This document shows positions 40,042 through 49,893 of a DNA stretch of 64,000 nucleotides, piece after piece. The notes beneath the pieces are model-generated. The model was not told the DNA's origin. It saw nothing but the letters and a program-made list of their open reading frames with translations, and searched no databases. Source of the DNA: Marinobacter sp. (GTDB taxonomy: Bacteria; Pseudomonadota; Gammaproteobacteria; Pseudomonadales; Oleiphilaceae); contig PBED01000028.1 of the NCBI GenBank assembly GCA_002718255.1, positions 45,271 to 109,270 of the forward strand, written 5' to 3'. A program made the position numbers and the translations under genes. How positions within the stretch are numbered: the stretch's first letter is position 1; each line of letters begins with the position of its first letter.

Positions 40042-42152
40042 GGGAACGCCCTCCTCTGCAGCAGCACAATCGCCAGGGAAAACATCAGCCCGACCAGGCC
40101 GAGCGCAATCAGCAGCGGCGCCGACGTTGCCGTCTGCGGATAGCGCAGCATGCCGTCCTGGCTGCCCGCCGGCAGAAGAGTGGGCAAATTATCCGATTCC
40201 ATTGGCGTTTCTGGGCTCCGGGCCGGCGTGGAATCCACGGCCACAAAACTGGTGTAGGCCGACATCAAGCCATGGCTGACCGCCAGCTCGGTAATGCCGG
40301 CCTTGTCCGGCTCCCGGCCCGTCACCCTGGCCTCATCCTCCAGGCTGTCGATCTTCTCTCTCGCCCAATGCCGATGAAGCCCGGTTGCCGGGGCGGCCTG
40401 CTGCAGGTCCAGCGTTCTGGTCCAGTCCTTGCCACCCGGCAGGCGACCCGACACCTTCAGTTCCCCCATGGCCGGAACACCGCGCACCACATGAACCAGC
40501 GGCTCGCCCTGGAACAGATCGCCCGAGCGCCTCGGAAATGACTCCTTGCCTGTCTCCTGGCCTGGCCAGTCGACCCGGATGTCCGTCAGAACCGGCGACT
40601 CCATGGCCGAAAACAGCGCCTGCAAAGGACCGTCCACATCGGAAGGCGAGTGGATCGCCGTATAAGTGCCCCGGCCCCAGCGGGCAGCCTCACGCATGAA
40701 ATGCCGGTTCGGCGCAGAACCAATGCCTACGGTAAACAACCTCTGGCTGCCCAGTTGCTGACGGATCTGCCGGAACAGCGCCGCCTCATTGCCCACTGCG
40801 CCATCGGTAATGAAGATGACCTGGCGCACCCTCGCCCCGCCTTCAGTCTCGCCTGCACCTTCCAGGGCTCGGGACAGGGCCGGTGCCATCTCGGTACCGC
40901 CGTCGGCCCGCAGACGGTCAACGTACCGACGGGCCCGGGCGAGGTTATTGCCGGTCGCCACTTCCGGTTGCATAAACAGCGAGTGAGTCTGGCTGTTGAA
41001 CTGAATCACATTGAACCGGTCACGTGGCGTCAGCGTGTCCAGACCGGCCTGAAGGGCACTTCGGGCCTGACGGATCGATTCCCCCGCCATGGAACCGGAG
41101 GTGTCGATCACGAACACCAGATCCCGGGGCAGCGCCATGGTGCCGTTTTCGCCCGGCACCAGCATGGCCATGAGATAGTCCTCCCCCTGCCAGGACTGAT
41201 GAAAAACCGCTGCCGAGGGTTCCAGCCCCGCAACCGGGCGCCACCGCACCACAAAATCGCGATTCATCAGGATCTCGCCGCCATCGGGACGAATACTGAA
41301 CGTCTGGCCATCCTGACGACTGGCGAGACGGTGCGACGGGCTGGAGACACTCTCGATCGGCAATCCGGAATCAATCACCAGATTGATCACCGCCCGGTGG
41401 CTGTCGGCCGCCACATCATCCGGGGTTACCGTAAACGGACTGATGGCACCGGCATCCGGCACCTCGGTCGTCGGCATTGCCCACCCGCCTTGCCACTGAT
41501 CCGGTGCATTGCGAACTGGCGCTCCCGGCATGTAACGCGGCGTCAGCGTGGTCGGCACAGTGAGCTCGAACACCCCGGCCTGATACTGCACTGGTTGCTG
41601 GTACTTCAGCTCAACCGAAACCGTCTCCCCCGGCGGGATATTGGCAACACGGGCAGTAAACAGATTCGGACGCTGCTGCTCCACATTCGCCGCATGCTGC
41701 CCGGCCTGTTTTGCTTTCTCATAGGTCCGCCGTGCCGCCTCCCTGGGCTGCACCTTGCCCTCAATGGTCCGCTCCCCCACCGTCATCGTCAGACCGTACA
41801 CACTGGCCTTCTCGGGCAACGGGAACACGAAAACGCCTTCGCGCCACTGGTCGCTGGTATTCTGGAAACTGCGCAGCAACCGAGTGTCGGCAATCAGTCC
41901 GCTGACCTGAATGTCGAATTCACTGTCCAGCACCAGCGCCGGTTCCTGCCATTGCCCCTGGCCGTCGACAAAATGCAACTGGCCGACCTTGTCTGCCTCA
42001 TTCGCCTCGGCATAGAGGGGGTGAACAAACAGCATCAACAGAACCGACAGCCAGAGGCTGACACCCTCCAGAAAACGCTTTAACCGGAATCGCTGACGCC
42101 TGGTCACTGGAGCTGGTGAGCAGAGCCTGAGAGGAGAACTGGAAATAATCAT
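40038..42152 (-). CDS. Marine proteobacterial sortase target protein (VIT + vWA)
   Basis: VIT domain; vWA motifs DTSGSM, GGTEM, ITDG; C-terminal YPQTA + TM + RR sorting signal. Confidence 0.9.
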   Translation of the reverse strand: MIISSSPLRLCSPAPVTRRQRFRLKRFLEGVSLWLSVLLMLFVHPLYAEANEADKVGQLHFVDGQGQWQEPALVLDSEFDIQVSGLIADTRLLRSFQNTSDQWREGVFVFPLPEKASVYGLTMTVGERTIEGKVQPREAARRTYEKAKQAGQHAANVEQQRPNLFTARVANIPPGETVSVELKYQQPVQYQAGVFELTVPTTLTPRYMPGAPVRNAPDQWQGGWAMPTTEVPDAGAISPFTVTPDDVAADSHRAVINLVIDSGLPIESVSSPSHRLASRQDGQTFSIRPDGGEILMNRDFVVRWRPVAGLEPSAAVFHQSWQGEDYLMAMLVPGENGTMALPRDLVFVIDTSGSMAGESIRQARSALQAGLDTLTPRDRFNVIQFNSQTHSLFMQPEVATGNNLARARRYVDRLRADGGTEMAPALSRALEGAGETEGGARVRQVIFITDGAVGNEAALFRQIRQQLGSQRLFTVGIGSAPNRHFMREAARWGRGTYTAIHSPSDVDGPLQALFSAMESPVLTDIRVDWPGQETGKESFPRRSGDLFQGEPLVHVVRGVPAMGELKVSGRLPGGKDWTRTLDLQQAAPATGLHRHWAREKIDSLEDEARVTGREPDKAGITELAVSHGLMSAYTSFVAVDSTPARSPETPMESDNLPTLLPAGSQDGMLRYPQTATSAPLLIALGLVGLMFSLAIVLLQRRAFP

Positions 42153-42345
42153 GAGAGAATCCTTGTGACTGCATGACTGTGCGAAACACCGCCATTTCAG
42201 CAATCCGGAAAGGAACTCCCATGGCAGAAAGCGACAAACCGCCCTCAAAAAATGATGAATTATGGCAACAACGGCCTGCGCCCTTGTTATCAACACCTGC
42301 CGTGGTTAAATAGGCACACACCGGCAACGGGAAGCAGCCGCCACC

Positions 42346-43047
42346 ATGAAGAAACACGTTGTACTGATCGAAGACGAACCCGCCATCCGCGACAACTACC
42401 GCGCCGCGTTCGAACGCCGTGGCTATCGCGTGACTGCCCATGGCGACCGATCGTCTGCCTGGCAGGTGTTGCGGCAGTCATTGCCGGACCTGGCCATCAT
42501 CGACGTTGGCCTGGGCGACGAACCGGAGGGCGGCTTTGCCCTGTGCCAGGATCTGCGTTCGCTGTCCCAGACCCTGCCGATTATCTTCCTGACCGCCCGC
42601 GACAGCGACATAGATTCCGTCCACGGCCTGCGCCTTGGGGCCGATGATTACGTCACCAAGGACATGAGCCTGGACCACCTGCTGGCCCGGGTTACCGCCC
42701 TGCTCAGACGGGCCGATGCCTGGGCCGAAGCCCTCCAGAAGCCGGACGAAGTGCTCCAGCGCGGCAAACTCACCCTCAATGTGGATCGCATGACCGTTGC
42801 CTGGGACGAAACCCCCATCGACCTGACCGTCACCGAGTTCTGGATGTTGCACTCGCTTGTCCAGCACCCGGGCCATGTGCGTAGCCGGGAACAACTGATG
42901 GAAGCCGCCAGCACGGTTCTGGACGACAACACGGTCACCTCTCATATCAAACGCATCCGCCGCAAGTTCCAGCAGCTGGATGAGGCCTTTGATGGCATCC
43001 AGACCGCCTACGGCATGGGTTATCGCTGGAATGCCCGTGAGGTCTGA
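42346..43047 (+). CDS. pdsR: Proteobacterial dedicated sortase system response regulator
   Basis: OmpR-type REC plus wHTH; DVGLGDEPEGGF; divergent from the sortase target. Confidence 0.87.
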   Translation: MKKHVVLIEDEPAIRDNYRAAFERRGYRVTAHGDRSSAWQVLRQSLPDLAIIDVGLGDEPEGGFALCQDLRSLSQTLPIIFLTARDSDIDSVHGLRLGADDYVTKDMSLDHLLARVTALLRRADAWAEALQKPDEVLQRGKLTLNVDRMTVAWDETPIDLTVTEFWMLHSLVQHPGHVRSREQLMEAASTVLDDNTVTSHIKRIRRKFQQLDEAFDGIQTAYGMGYRWNAREV

Positions 43048-43050
43048 GTT

Positions 43051-45081
43051 TTGAACCTCAAGCGCCAACTCTTCGTCGCCAGCCTGCTGATGCTGCTGAT
43101 TCCCTGGGCAGGCCTGCAGTTTGTCCTGGAACTGGACGACGCCCTCCGACAACAGGCCCGGCAGCAACTGCAGGCCCAGGCCGGGAGACTGGCCCAGACC
43201 GCCGGCGACCAGATTATTGGCACCACCGTTATTGGGCCTGATGAGCCAGCCATCTACGTTGAACCCCTGGCCGGCAACCTGAACCTGGATGGTTATGGCG
43301 ACGACTGGCCGGGGTATGACGAGGAAGACCAGGCAAGAAACTGGCAAGGCCAGACCAGCACGGAAGCCGGCGCGCCATTCCTCCAGTGGCAGGCTGTGAC
43401 CGATCGGCGGAACCTGTATCTGCTGATTCGCGTCAACCAACGGCAACCCGTGTTCTTCGATCCCGGCAACCCGGATCAGCCCCATGACCGTCTCAGGCTC
43501 TGGCTGGAGCCTGCCCCCGGTAACCTTGCCCCCGACGCTATCCGAAGGTCCTGGCTGCTGCGAACGCCAGCCCCGGGCCAGCTTTACGGTCTGGAAGAGG
43601 CCAGCCGACAGCCGGACTACCGTATCTCCGGCTTTTTGCAGGGCACCGGCGAGGGCTGGCAACTGGAACTGAAATTGCCCATGCCTGCCGACCGCAGCCG
43701 CCTGGGCTTTGCGGCATTATGGGGCCAGGGCCAGACAACAGGCGTCTCCACGCCGGTTAACCCGCTGCCGACACTGGTCAGTCGCAACCTGGCCCTTGAG
43801 CGCCAGCTGGAACCCCAACTGAACCAGGGCCAGCGGGTGCGTCTGGTTGAGCCGGCCGGCTGGGTGATCGCGCGACAGCAGTCTGGCTCTGCCACGAAAA
43901 CACCGGAGTTCGACAGCCTCAGCCCGCTTCAGGTGGTGGAGCAGATCAGTCTCAATGCGCTCCGAGGCCTGGTGCGCCTCTACCAGCCGGAACCGACCGC
44001 CATCAAAACCGGCACTAACCGTGTGGCAGTTGAGGCGCTCCCGGAGACAGGTCTGGTTCGCCATGAGGATGACAGCGTCTGGCTGCTGACCACCCGGGAG
44101 GTTTTCGGTGGCCGCACGCTGATCCTGGAGCAATCACTGGATCAGCTTCTGACCCTCTCCGGCTCTGCCCTGGGCTCGGTAATTGCCCGCAGCACCCTCA
44201 TCATTGTCGCAATCACCCTGGTTCTGCTTGGCTACGCCAGTTGGCTGTCCTGGCGGATTACACGGCTGCAGCGCGCTGTCAGTGCCAGTATCGACGAAGA
44301 CGGCCGAATCACCGGCAGAGTGCCGGATGCCCGAAGCAAGGACGAACTGGGCCAGTTGCAACGTCACTTCAGCCTGATGGTGGACCGCCTCCACGGCTAC
44401 AACCGCTACCTGGAGAGTTTTTCCAGGCGACTGTCCCACGAGCTGAAAACCCCTGTCGCAGTGGTCCGCTCCTCGCTGGAAAACCTTGACCACAGCGACT
44501 CGGATGACGAGCGCCGGCAATACATTGAACGGGCCGCTGCCGCCACCGAACGCCTCCGGCAGATTCTCCACGGCATGAGCGAAGCAGCGCGGCTTGAACA
44601 GAGCCTGGACCATGCGGATAAAGAACAGTTTGATCTGGCCGAAGTGGCCGCCGAAGCCACGGCCGCCTACCAGGCCCTCGACAGCAACCACCAGATCCGC
44701 TATTCAGGACCCGATGCGGGCTGCGCGATCACCGGCTCTCCAGAGCTGATCGTGCAACTGCTCGACAAGCTGGTGGACAACGCCCGGGATTTCACACCGC
44801 AGGATCGCCTGATTGAGGTGGGTCTGGAAACCACGCCAGAGGGCTTCTGCCTGTCGGTTTTCAACCAGGGCTCGACACTGCCGGAAGACACCACCACCGA
44901 CATCTTCAGCCCGTTTGTCTCGATGCGGGACGGCCAGGAACAGGGCCATCTGGGGCAGGGTTTGCTGATTGTCAGCCTGATTGCCGACTACCATGGTGCC
45001 CGGGTGGAAGCCCGTAACCGCACCCAAGGTGGCATTGACGGCGTAAGCTTCCGGGTTATTATCCCAGCCATCCATTCTTGA
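43051..45081 (+). CDS. pdsS: Proteobacterial dedicated sortase system histidine kinase
   Basis: LLIPWAG, LDGYGDDW, RLSHELKTP, HLGQGL; follows pdsR. Confidence 0.83.
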   Translation: MNLKRQLFVASLLMLLIPWAGLQFVLELDDALRQQARQQLQAQAGRLAQTAGDQIIGTTVIGPDEPAIYVEPLAGNLNLDGYGDDWPGYDEEDQARNWQGQTSTEAGAPFLQWQAVTDRRNLYLLIRVNQRQPVFFDPGNPDQPHDRLRLWLEPAPGNLAPDAIRRSWLLRTPAPGQLYGLEEASRQPDYRISGFLQGTGEGWQLELKLPMPADRSRLGFAALWGQGQTTGVSTPVNPLPTLVSRNLALERQLEPQLNQGQRVRLVEPAGWVIARQQSGSATKTPEFDSLSPLQVVEQISLNALRGLVRLYQPEPTAIKTGTNRVAVEALPETGLVRHEDDSVWLLTTREVFGGRTLILEQSLDQLLTLSGSALGSVIARSTLIIVAITLVLLGYASWLSWRITRLQRAVSASIDEDGRITGRVPDARSKDELGQLQRHFSLMVDRLHGYNRYLESFSRRLSHELKTPVAVVRSSLENLDHSDSDDERRQYIERAAAATERLRQILHGMSEAARLEQSLDHADKEQFDLAEVAAEATAAYQALDSNHQIRYSGPDAGCAITGSPELIVQLLDKLVDNARDFTPQDRLIEVGLETTPEGFCLSVFNQGSTLPEDTTTDIFSPFVSMRDGQEQGHLGQGLLIVSLIADYHGARVEARNRTQGGIDGVSFRVIIPAIHS

Positions 45082-45099
45082 AAACAGGAACTTCCCGCC

Positions 45100-46407
45100 G
45101 TGAGCGCACGCCTGGACTCCCTCGATATTCATCCGCTTCGGAACGATCTCTATAACGAACTGCACTCAAGACCGTTCCAGGTGCTGCCGACACCGGCTCG
45201 GGTCACCCAGATGGCGGTGCTGACCACCCCGGAGCAGCGGGAGCAGCAATTCCGGCATCTTCAGGAACTCCATCGTCTGATGGGGCATCCGGTGCCGGAG
45301 AACGAGGTGGGTTGCTTTGAACACACGTTCGGTTCTCTGCGGGTGCGTCGCGAGATGCACATGGAGTTCGCGTCCTACACCTTTATCAATCTGGACGCGG
45401 GCGATGAAACACCCTTTACAGAGACCGGTATCACCCCGCTGCCCGAAGGATGGCTGGAGCAACTGACCGGTACCGTGATCGCGGCATTCCACCTGGAAGT
45501 CCGGCCCGCCGCTGACGGGACCGAGGGCGACCTGGATTACGTGCGCAAGCACTTCGAGGGCATGCGACTGGTTGGCAGCAGTCCCCAGGAGGGTGCCGCC
45601 CGGGTATGGGGCACCTTCCGGCTGCATAGCGATGGCTTTGGCCGGTTCATGGTGATGAACCACCACATGTCGGACAGCCAACTGGGCCGCCTGACCCAGC
45701 GCCTGATGGAGATTGAAACCTACCGCCTGATGTCGCTGCTGGCGCTGCCGGTTGCCCGGGAAATCACGCCATCCCTGAACGATATGGACGAAAAGCTGGC
45801 GGTGATCACCCGTTCACTGGCAGAAAACGAAGAAGTGGATGAAGAGAAACTGTTGGCCCAGCTGACCAATATTGCAGCCCGTATCGAGGCCTTTCGTGCC
45901 CACTCCACGTTCCGTTTCTCTGCCACCCGGGCCTATCACCAGCTGGTACTGACCCGCCTGGAGGAACTGCGTGAGGACGAGCTTTCCGGCCACCTGACCC
46001 TGACCGAGTTCATGACCCGCCGGCTGACACCGGCGGTGAAAACCTGCGAAGCGGTGAGTGAGCGACTGGAAGACCTGTCCCGCCGGATAGACCGGGCTTC
46101 AGACATGATGCGCACCCGGGTGGAGCTGGCCATCCAGAGCCAGAACCAGCAACTGCTCAGCTCCATGGACCGGCGCTCGAAAATTCAGCTGATGATGCAG
46201 CACACCGTGGAAGGTTTCTCCGTGGTGGCCATCACCTATTACCTGATCGGCCTGCTCAAGTTCGGTCTGGATTCGGTATACGAGGCCGGCGTCGTCTTCA
46301 ACAAAACACTGGTTCTCGGCATCGCCATTCCGGTGGTGATGGCCCTGGTCTTCCTGGGGGTTCGGGTGGTTCACCATCACTTCATCAAGATGGCAAAACG
46401 GCAGTAG
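45100..46407 (+). CDS. DUF3422 family membrane protein
   Basis: ELHSRPF, GRLTQRLMEIETYR, RFSATRAY, VEGFSVVAITYY. Confidence 0.88.
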   Translation: MSARLDSLDIHPLRNDLYNELHSRPFQVLPTPARVTQMAVLTTPEQREQQFRHLQELHRLMGHPVPENEVGCFEHTFGSLRVRREMHMEFASYTFINLDAGDETPFTETGITPLPEGWLEQLTGTVIAAFHLEVRPAADGTEGDLDYVRKHFEGMRLVGSSPQEGAARVWGTFRLHSDGFGRFMVMNHHMSDSQLGRLTQRLMEIETYRLMSLLALPVAREITPSLNDMDEKLAVITRSLAENEEVDEEKLLAQLTNIAARIEAFRAHSTFRFSATRAYHQLVLTRLEELREDELSGHLTLTEFMTRRLTPAVKTCEAVSERLEDLSRRIDRASDMMRTRVELAIQSQNQQLLSSMDRRSKIQLMMQHTVEGFSVVAITYYLIGLLKFGLDSVYEAGVVFNKTLVLGIAIPVVMALVFLGVRVVHHHFIKMAKRQ

Positions 46408-47199
46408 CTACTTCAGCTTGCCCAGATCCCGGTCGCCGGCAAACTGCCGGTAGAACTGCTGGGCCGTTCGGCCGTTGCGTACGCCCTTGGCGGTGGCAAA
46501 GCGAATCGCCTCCCGGTGCAGCCCTTCCCGGTCATCAAAGCTGGGGAACAGCGCGTCCACGGCCTGCAGGTACACCGCCTGCGAAAACGCATAAAACGAA
46601 AGCTGAAGACCGAACCGGTCCGCCAGGGACACTTGCTCTTCGATGGCCTCGGCCGGGTGCAGCTCACCGTCGCGCATCTCGCTCTTGAGGTTATCGGACA
46701 TAAATTCCGGCATCAGATGGCGGCGGTTGGAGGTGGCATACACCCTTACGTTCTCCGGGGGCAGTTCCAGGGAACCTTCCAGCACACTTTTCAGTGCCTT
46801 GTAGCTGGACTCACCAACGTCAAACGACAGGTCGTCACAGAAGATCACAAACCGGAACGGCAGCTCGCAGATGTCGTCAACGATTTCCGGCAAGTTGACC
46901 AGATCATCCTTGTCCACCTCGATCATCCGCAGCCCACGTTCCTGGTAGCGGTTCAACAGGGCCTTGATCAGCGACGACTTGCCGGTGCCGCGTGAGCCCC
47001 AGAGCAACGCGTTGTTGGAGGGTTCACCGGCCAGAAACCGCTCGGTATTGCGGGCCAGAGCCTGCTGCTGTCGGTCGATGCCCTTCAGATCCTGCCATTG
47101 CACCGGATCGAGCCGGCGGATGGCGCGCAGCCCCGAGCGATGCCGACGCCAGACAGCCGCCGGTGTGGATTGCCAGTCAAACGATGTTGTCGCGGACAT
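46408..47199 (-). CDS. DUF815 family AAA+ ATPase
   Basis: LLWGSRGTGKSS, FCDDLSF, YATSNRRHL, SLADRFG. Confidence 0.9.
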   Translation of the reverse strand: MSATTSFDWQSTPAAVWRRHRSGLRAIRRLDPVQWQDLKGIDRQQQALARNTERFLAGEPSNNALLWGSRGTGKSSLIKALLNRYQERGLRMIEVDKDDLVNLPEIVDDICELPFRFVIFCDDLSFDVGESSYKALKSVLEGSLELPPENVRVYATSNRRHLMPEFMSDNLKSEMRDGELHPAEAIEEQVSLADRFGLQLSFYAFSQAVYLQAVDALFPSFDDREGLHREAIRFATAKGVRNGRTAQQFYRQFAGDRDLGKLK

Positions 47200-47282
47200 A
47201 AACCTCTTTCCTATTCCGAACCGGGCCAGCCTGTGAAACACTGACACCGTAAAAACCTTGATAACAGGAGACTTTACCCCAA

Positions 47283-47726
47283 ATGGCCGTAAAATCCGTC
47301 GCTTTGGTGGCACACGACAACAAGAAAAAGGAACTGGTGGACTGGGTTGCCGAGAACCGCACCCGATTCGCTCCACTGAAACTCTACGCCACCGGCACCA
47401 CCGGCCGGCTGCTCCGGGATAACCTGGAGCGGGACGATATCCATTGCCTGCTAAGCGGTCCACTGGGCGGCGACCAGCAAATTGGCGCCAAGATCGCCGA
47501 GGGCGAAATCGACCTGTTGGTGTTCTTCTGGGACCCCCTGGAACCTCAACCCCATGACCCGGACATCAAGGCACTGCTGCGAATTGCCGCGCTCTGGAAC
47601 ATTCCCGTGGCCTGCAACCGCGCAACTGCCGAATTCATTCTTACCTCGGCGTACATGACAGACGACCAGCATCATCCGAAAAAGCCGGACTTCTCCGATT
47701 ACACCTGCCGCCCAGTGAGCACCTGA
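47283..47726 (+). CDS. mgsA: Methylglyoxal synthase
   Basis: VAHDNKK, ATGTTG, SGPLGGDQQIG, PHDPDIKAL. Confidence 0.96.
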   Translation: MAVKSVALVAHDNKKKELVDWVAENRTRFAPLKLYATGTTGRLLRDNLERDDIHCLLSGPLGGDQQIGAKIAEGEIDLLVFFWDPLEPQPHDPDIKALLRIAALWNIPVACNRATAEFILTSAYMTDDQHHPKKPDFSDYTCRPVST

Positions 47727-47793
47727 GTAATGTTCAATCGAGTCGGTTAAGGCTACACTTAAGTCGAAGCTGTAAAGGATCGCCGGCTCGCCG

Positions 47794-48423
47794 ATGAAGA
47801 CTTCCGATACTCACAAAGAAACTCGATACCGGAGCGTGGCCGCGACAGTCCTGTGGGCCCTTTGCCTTTTGCTCGCATCCCCACTGGCGATGTCCGAACA
47901 GGCGGACGACACCGTGACTGTCGGCATCGTGGGCGACAACAAACCCTACTCGTTCGACGATGGCCCCGGCGCCTCCGGTTTTTCTGTTGATGTGCTTCGG
48001 GAAGTCGCCCGCAAGGCCGATCTGACCTTCCAGTTTCGCGCCGGCAGCTGGCCGGAAATCTACGATGCATTTTTGCGGGGCGAACTAGATGTTATCGACG
48101 GCATCTCGTTCAGTGCCGAGCGTGCAGAGAACATCCTGTTCACTGAGCCCTACCACCTTCGCCAGACCTATCTGATGCACAACACCCAGAGGCCACTGAG
48201 AGACATCAACACCATTTCAGATCTCAAGGGACTTAGGGTCGGCATTGTGCGCGACGTGTACTACCGCGACGCCCTCCAGGCAGAAGGTGTCTCCCTCACG
48301 AGCTACGATTCCGTTCACAGCCTCATTCGGGCCCTTGCCTTCGGCTGGGTGGATGTCGTTGTCGGCCCCAGGCTTACGCTCCAATACTATGCCATTGCAA
48401 CATTATTGAGAAACAGGGTTTGA
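47794..48423 (+). pseudogene. Probably truncated extracellular solute-binding (SBP_bac_3) domain gene
   Basis: Signal peptide, PYSF, GFSVD, FTEPY; ends before the domain is complete, with its last ~9 codons in AT-rich sequence. Confidence 0.6.
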
Positions 48424-48478
48424 GTGAAGCTTGGTCGAGCTTCCAATTGACATTCGGTTTTGATTAGTTGATAGTTTA

Positions 48479-48499
48479 TGTACGGTGATTTGCCGTACC
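48479..48499. promoter_or_regulatory. Operator palindrome of the DUF1778-GNAT TA operon
   Basis: GTACGG-N7-CCGTAC (48480-48498), downstream of a TTGACA (48447); second IR GCTGACA-N8-TGTCAGC at 48501-48522. Confidence 0.7.
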
Positions 48500-48600
48500 A
48501 GCTGACATTCTAAGTTGTCAGCCCGTAAAACAGCAAAAACGGAAAACACTAAAACAGAGGGTTTGGTCGATCGGCCGGCCCGTTGAAAGAGGGATACCGC

Positions 48601-48903
48601 ATGTCAAAGACAAGCGCGCGGCTGGATTTAAGAATTGATCCAGCGATCAAAGAATTGGCGGCGCGCGCTTCAGCTCTGACCGGGAGTCACAGTCTGTCGG
48701 AGTTTGTCATTCAAGCAATCCGAGAGAAGTCGGCTCGCGTGATCGAGGAGGCCGAAGTGTATCGGCTGAATAGTCAGTCGTTTGATGCTTTTGTAGCAGC
48801 CTGCGAGGCCGCTCCAGCACCGAACGAGGCTTTGCTGAGCGCGAAACGTCGCCGTAACAAAAGGATAGAAAACGGTGACCTTGAGGTTAGAACCATTAGA
48901 TAA
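48601..48903 (+). CDS. DUF1778 (TacA/AtaR-like) RHH antitoxin
   Basis: ARLDLRI...SLSEFV...FDAFVAAC...PNEAL; precedes and overlaps a GNAT gene. Confidence 0.9.
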   Translation: MSKTSARLDLRIDPAIKELAARASALTGSHSLSEFVIQAIREKSARVIEEAEVYRLNSQSFDAFVAACEAAPAPNEALLSAKRRRNKRIENGDLEVRTIR

Positions 48904-49423
48904 GAAGTCCCATGACAGGAAATCGTTTGATTGTGGATTGGAGCGCGTAAATGAGTTTCTTTGGCGCGAAGCACGCAATCAGATGGACAAGAAAATTAAT
49001 CGTACCTGGGTGTTGGTGGACGATAAGCCTGCCAATGTGTTGCCGGCTCCGGTTCTGGGTTATTTCACCTTGACCAGCGCAACTGTGGTGCGTGACGAGC
49101 TACCAGATAAGGAAACCCGTAGTCGGTATCCTGCCTATCCCATTCCAGTGATCAAGCTGGCGTGGCTAGGTGTTGATAGCAGGCTACACAGCTCAGAGCG
49201 CCGGCTCGGTGAAACGATTCTTCTTGAAGCTCTGGAAGAGGCGTACCGGATTGTTCAGTACAGTGGCATGGGAATAGCGGTTGTAGCGGATCCGCTTACC
49301 CAGGAAAGTGACCGCTTTTTTAAGCGATACGGCTTTCTGCCAATGGGAAGGCAATTCGGAGAGCTACAGTCTCTTTACTTACCTATGGGCACAATTGGTC
49401 AGCTGATTGATCCTCCATCTTGA
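48875..49423 (+). CDS. GNAT toxin (TacT/AtaT-like)
   Basis: HDRKSFDCG...VNEFL, GYFTL, PIPVIKLAWLGVD, FFKRYGF. Confidence 0.88.
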   Translation: MTLRLEPLDKKSHDRKSFDCGLERVNEFLWREARNQMDKKINRTWVLVDDKPANVLPAPVLGYFTLTSATVVRDELPDKETRSRYPAYPIPVIKLAWLGVDSRLHSSERRLGETILLEALEEAYRIVQYSGMGIAVVADPLTQESDRFFKRYGFLPMGRQFGELQSLYLPMGTIGQLIDPPS

Positions 49424-49439
49424 GGATGACACTGGCTTC

Positions 49440-49472
49440 AATAGCCGTATCGGTGCTCTGATACGGCTATTT
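49440..49472 (+). terminator. Hairpin after the TA operon
   Basis: AATAGCCGTATC-N8-GATACGGCTATT 12-bp stem with a weak T tract. Confidence 0.6.
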
Positions 49473-49503
49473 CCATTCTTCCAGACTTAAGAGTTACATT
49501 TGT

Positions 49504-49893
49504 ATGAAAACGATTGGCGAGCTTTGTGATACACACGGAAAACATGTTTCCCAAGGGGGGAAAGATCCATTCTATATCACAGTTGTTGAGCCTTTGCTGT
49601 CCGAAATAGAGGCGAGTTCAGGGCTTAAAGGTAGCTATGAAGTTGAGGGTAGATTTGATGTAAAGGCCCTGGCTAGATTTCGAAAGGGTGATAAAACATC
49701 CCAGCAGTTATTGATCGACTATACGGGAGAGGCGCCTGACGGTGGGCGTTCACTTATGATTTGGATTAATCCCAACAACCTCCCGGCGAAGCTCAAAGCC
49801 CAAGTGGTAAATCATCCTTCTGGCCCGGTGTTTCCGATTCCACGAAACTGGACGGCTGAGGAGTTCTCTCAACTGATCCGGTTCGATGATTAG
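49504..49893 (+). CDS. Hypothetical protein (129 aa)
   Basis: Open ORF in AT-rich DNA; overlaps the next gene by 8 nt. Confidence 0.65.
   Translation: MKTIGELCDTHGKHVSQGGKDPFYITVVEPLLSEIEASSGLKGSYEVEGRFDVKALARFRKGDKTSQQLLIDYTGEAPDGGRSLMIWINPNNLPAKLKAQVVNHPSGPVFPIPRNWTAEEFSQLIRFDD

Noticed and set aside
40650-43662. 477-aa and 394-aa antisense ORFs
   Set aside because: Shadows of the sortase target and of pdsR/pdsS.
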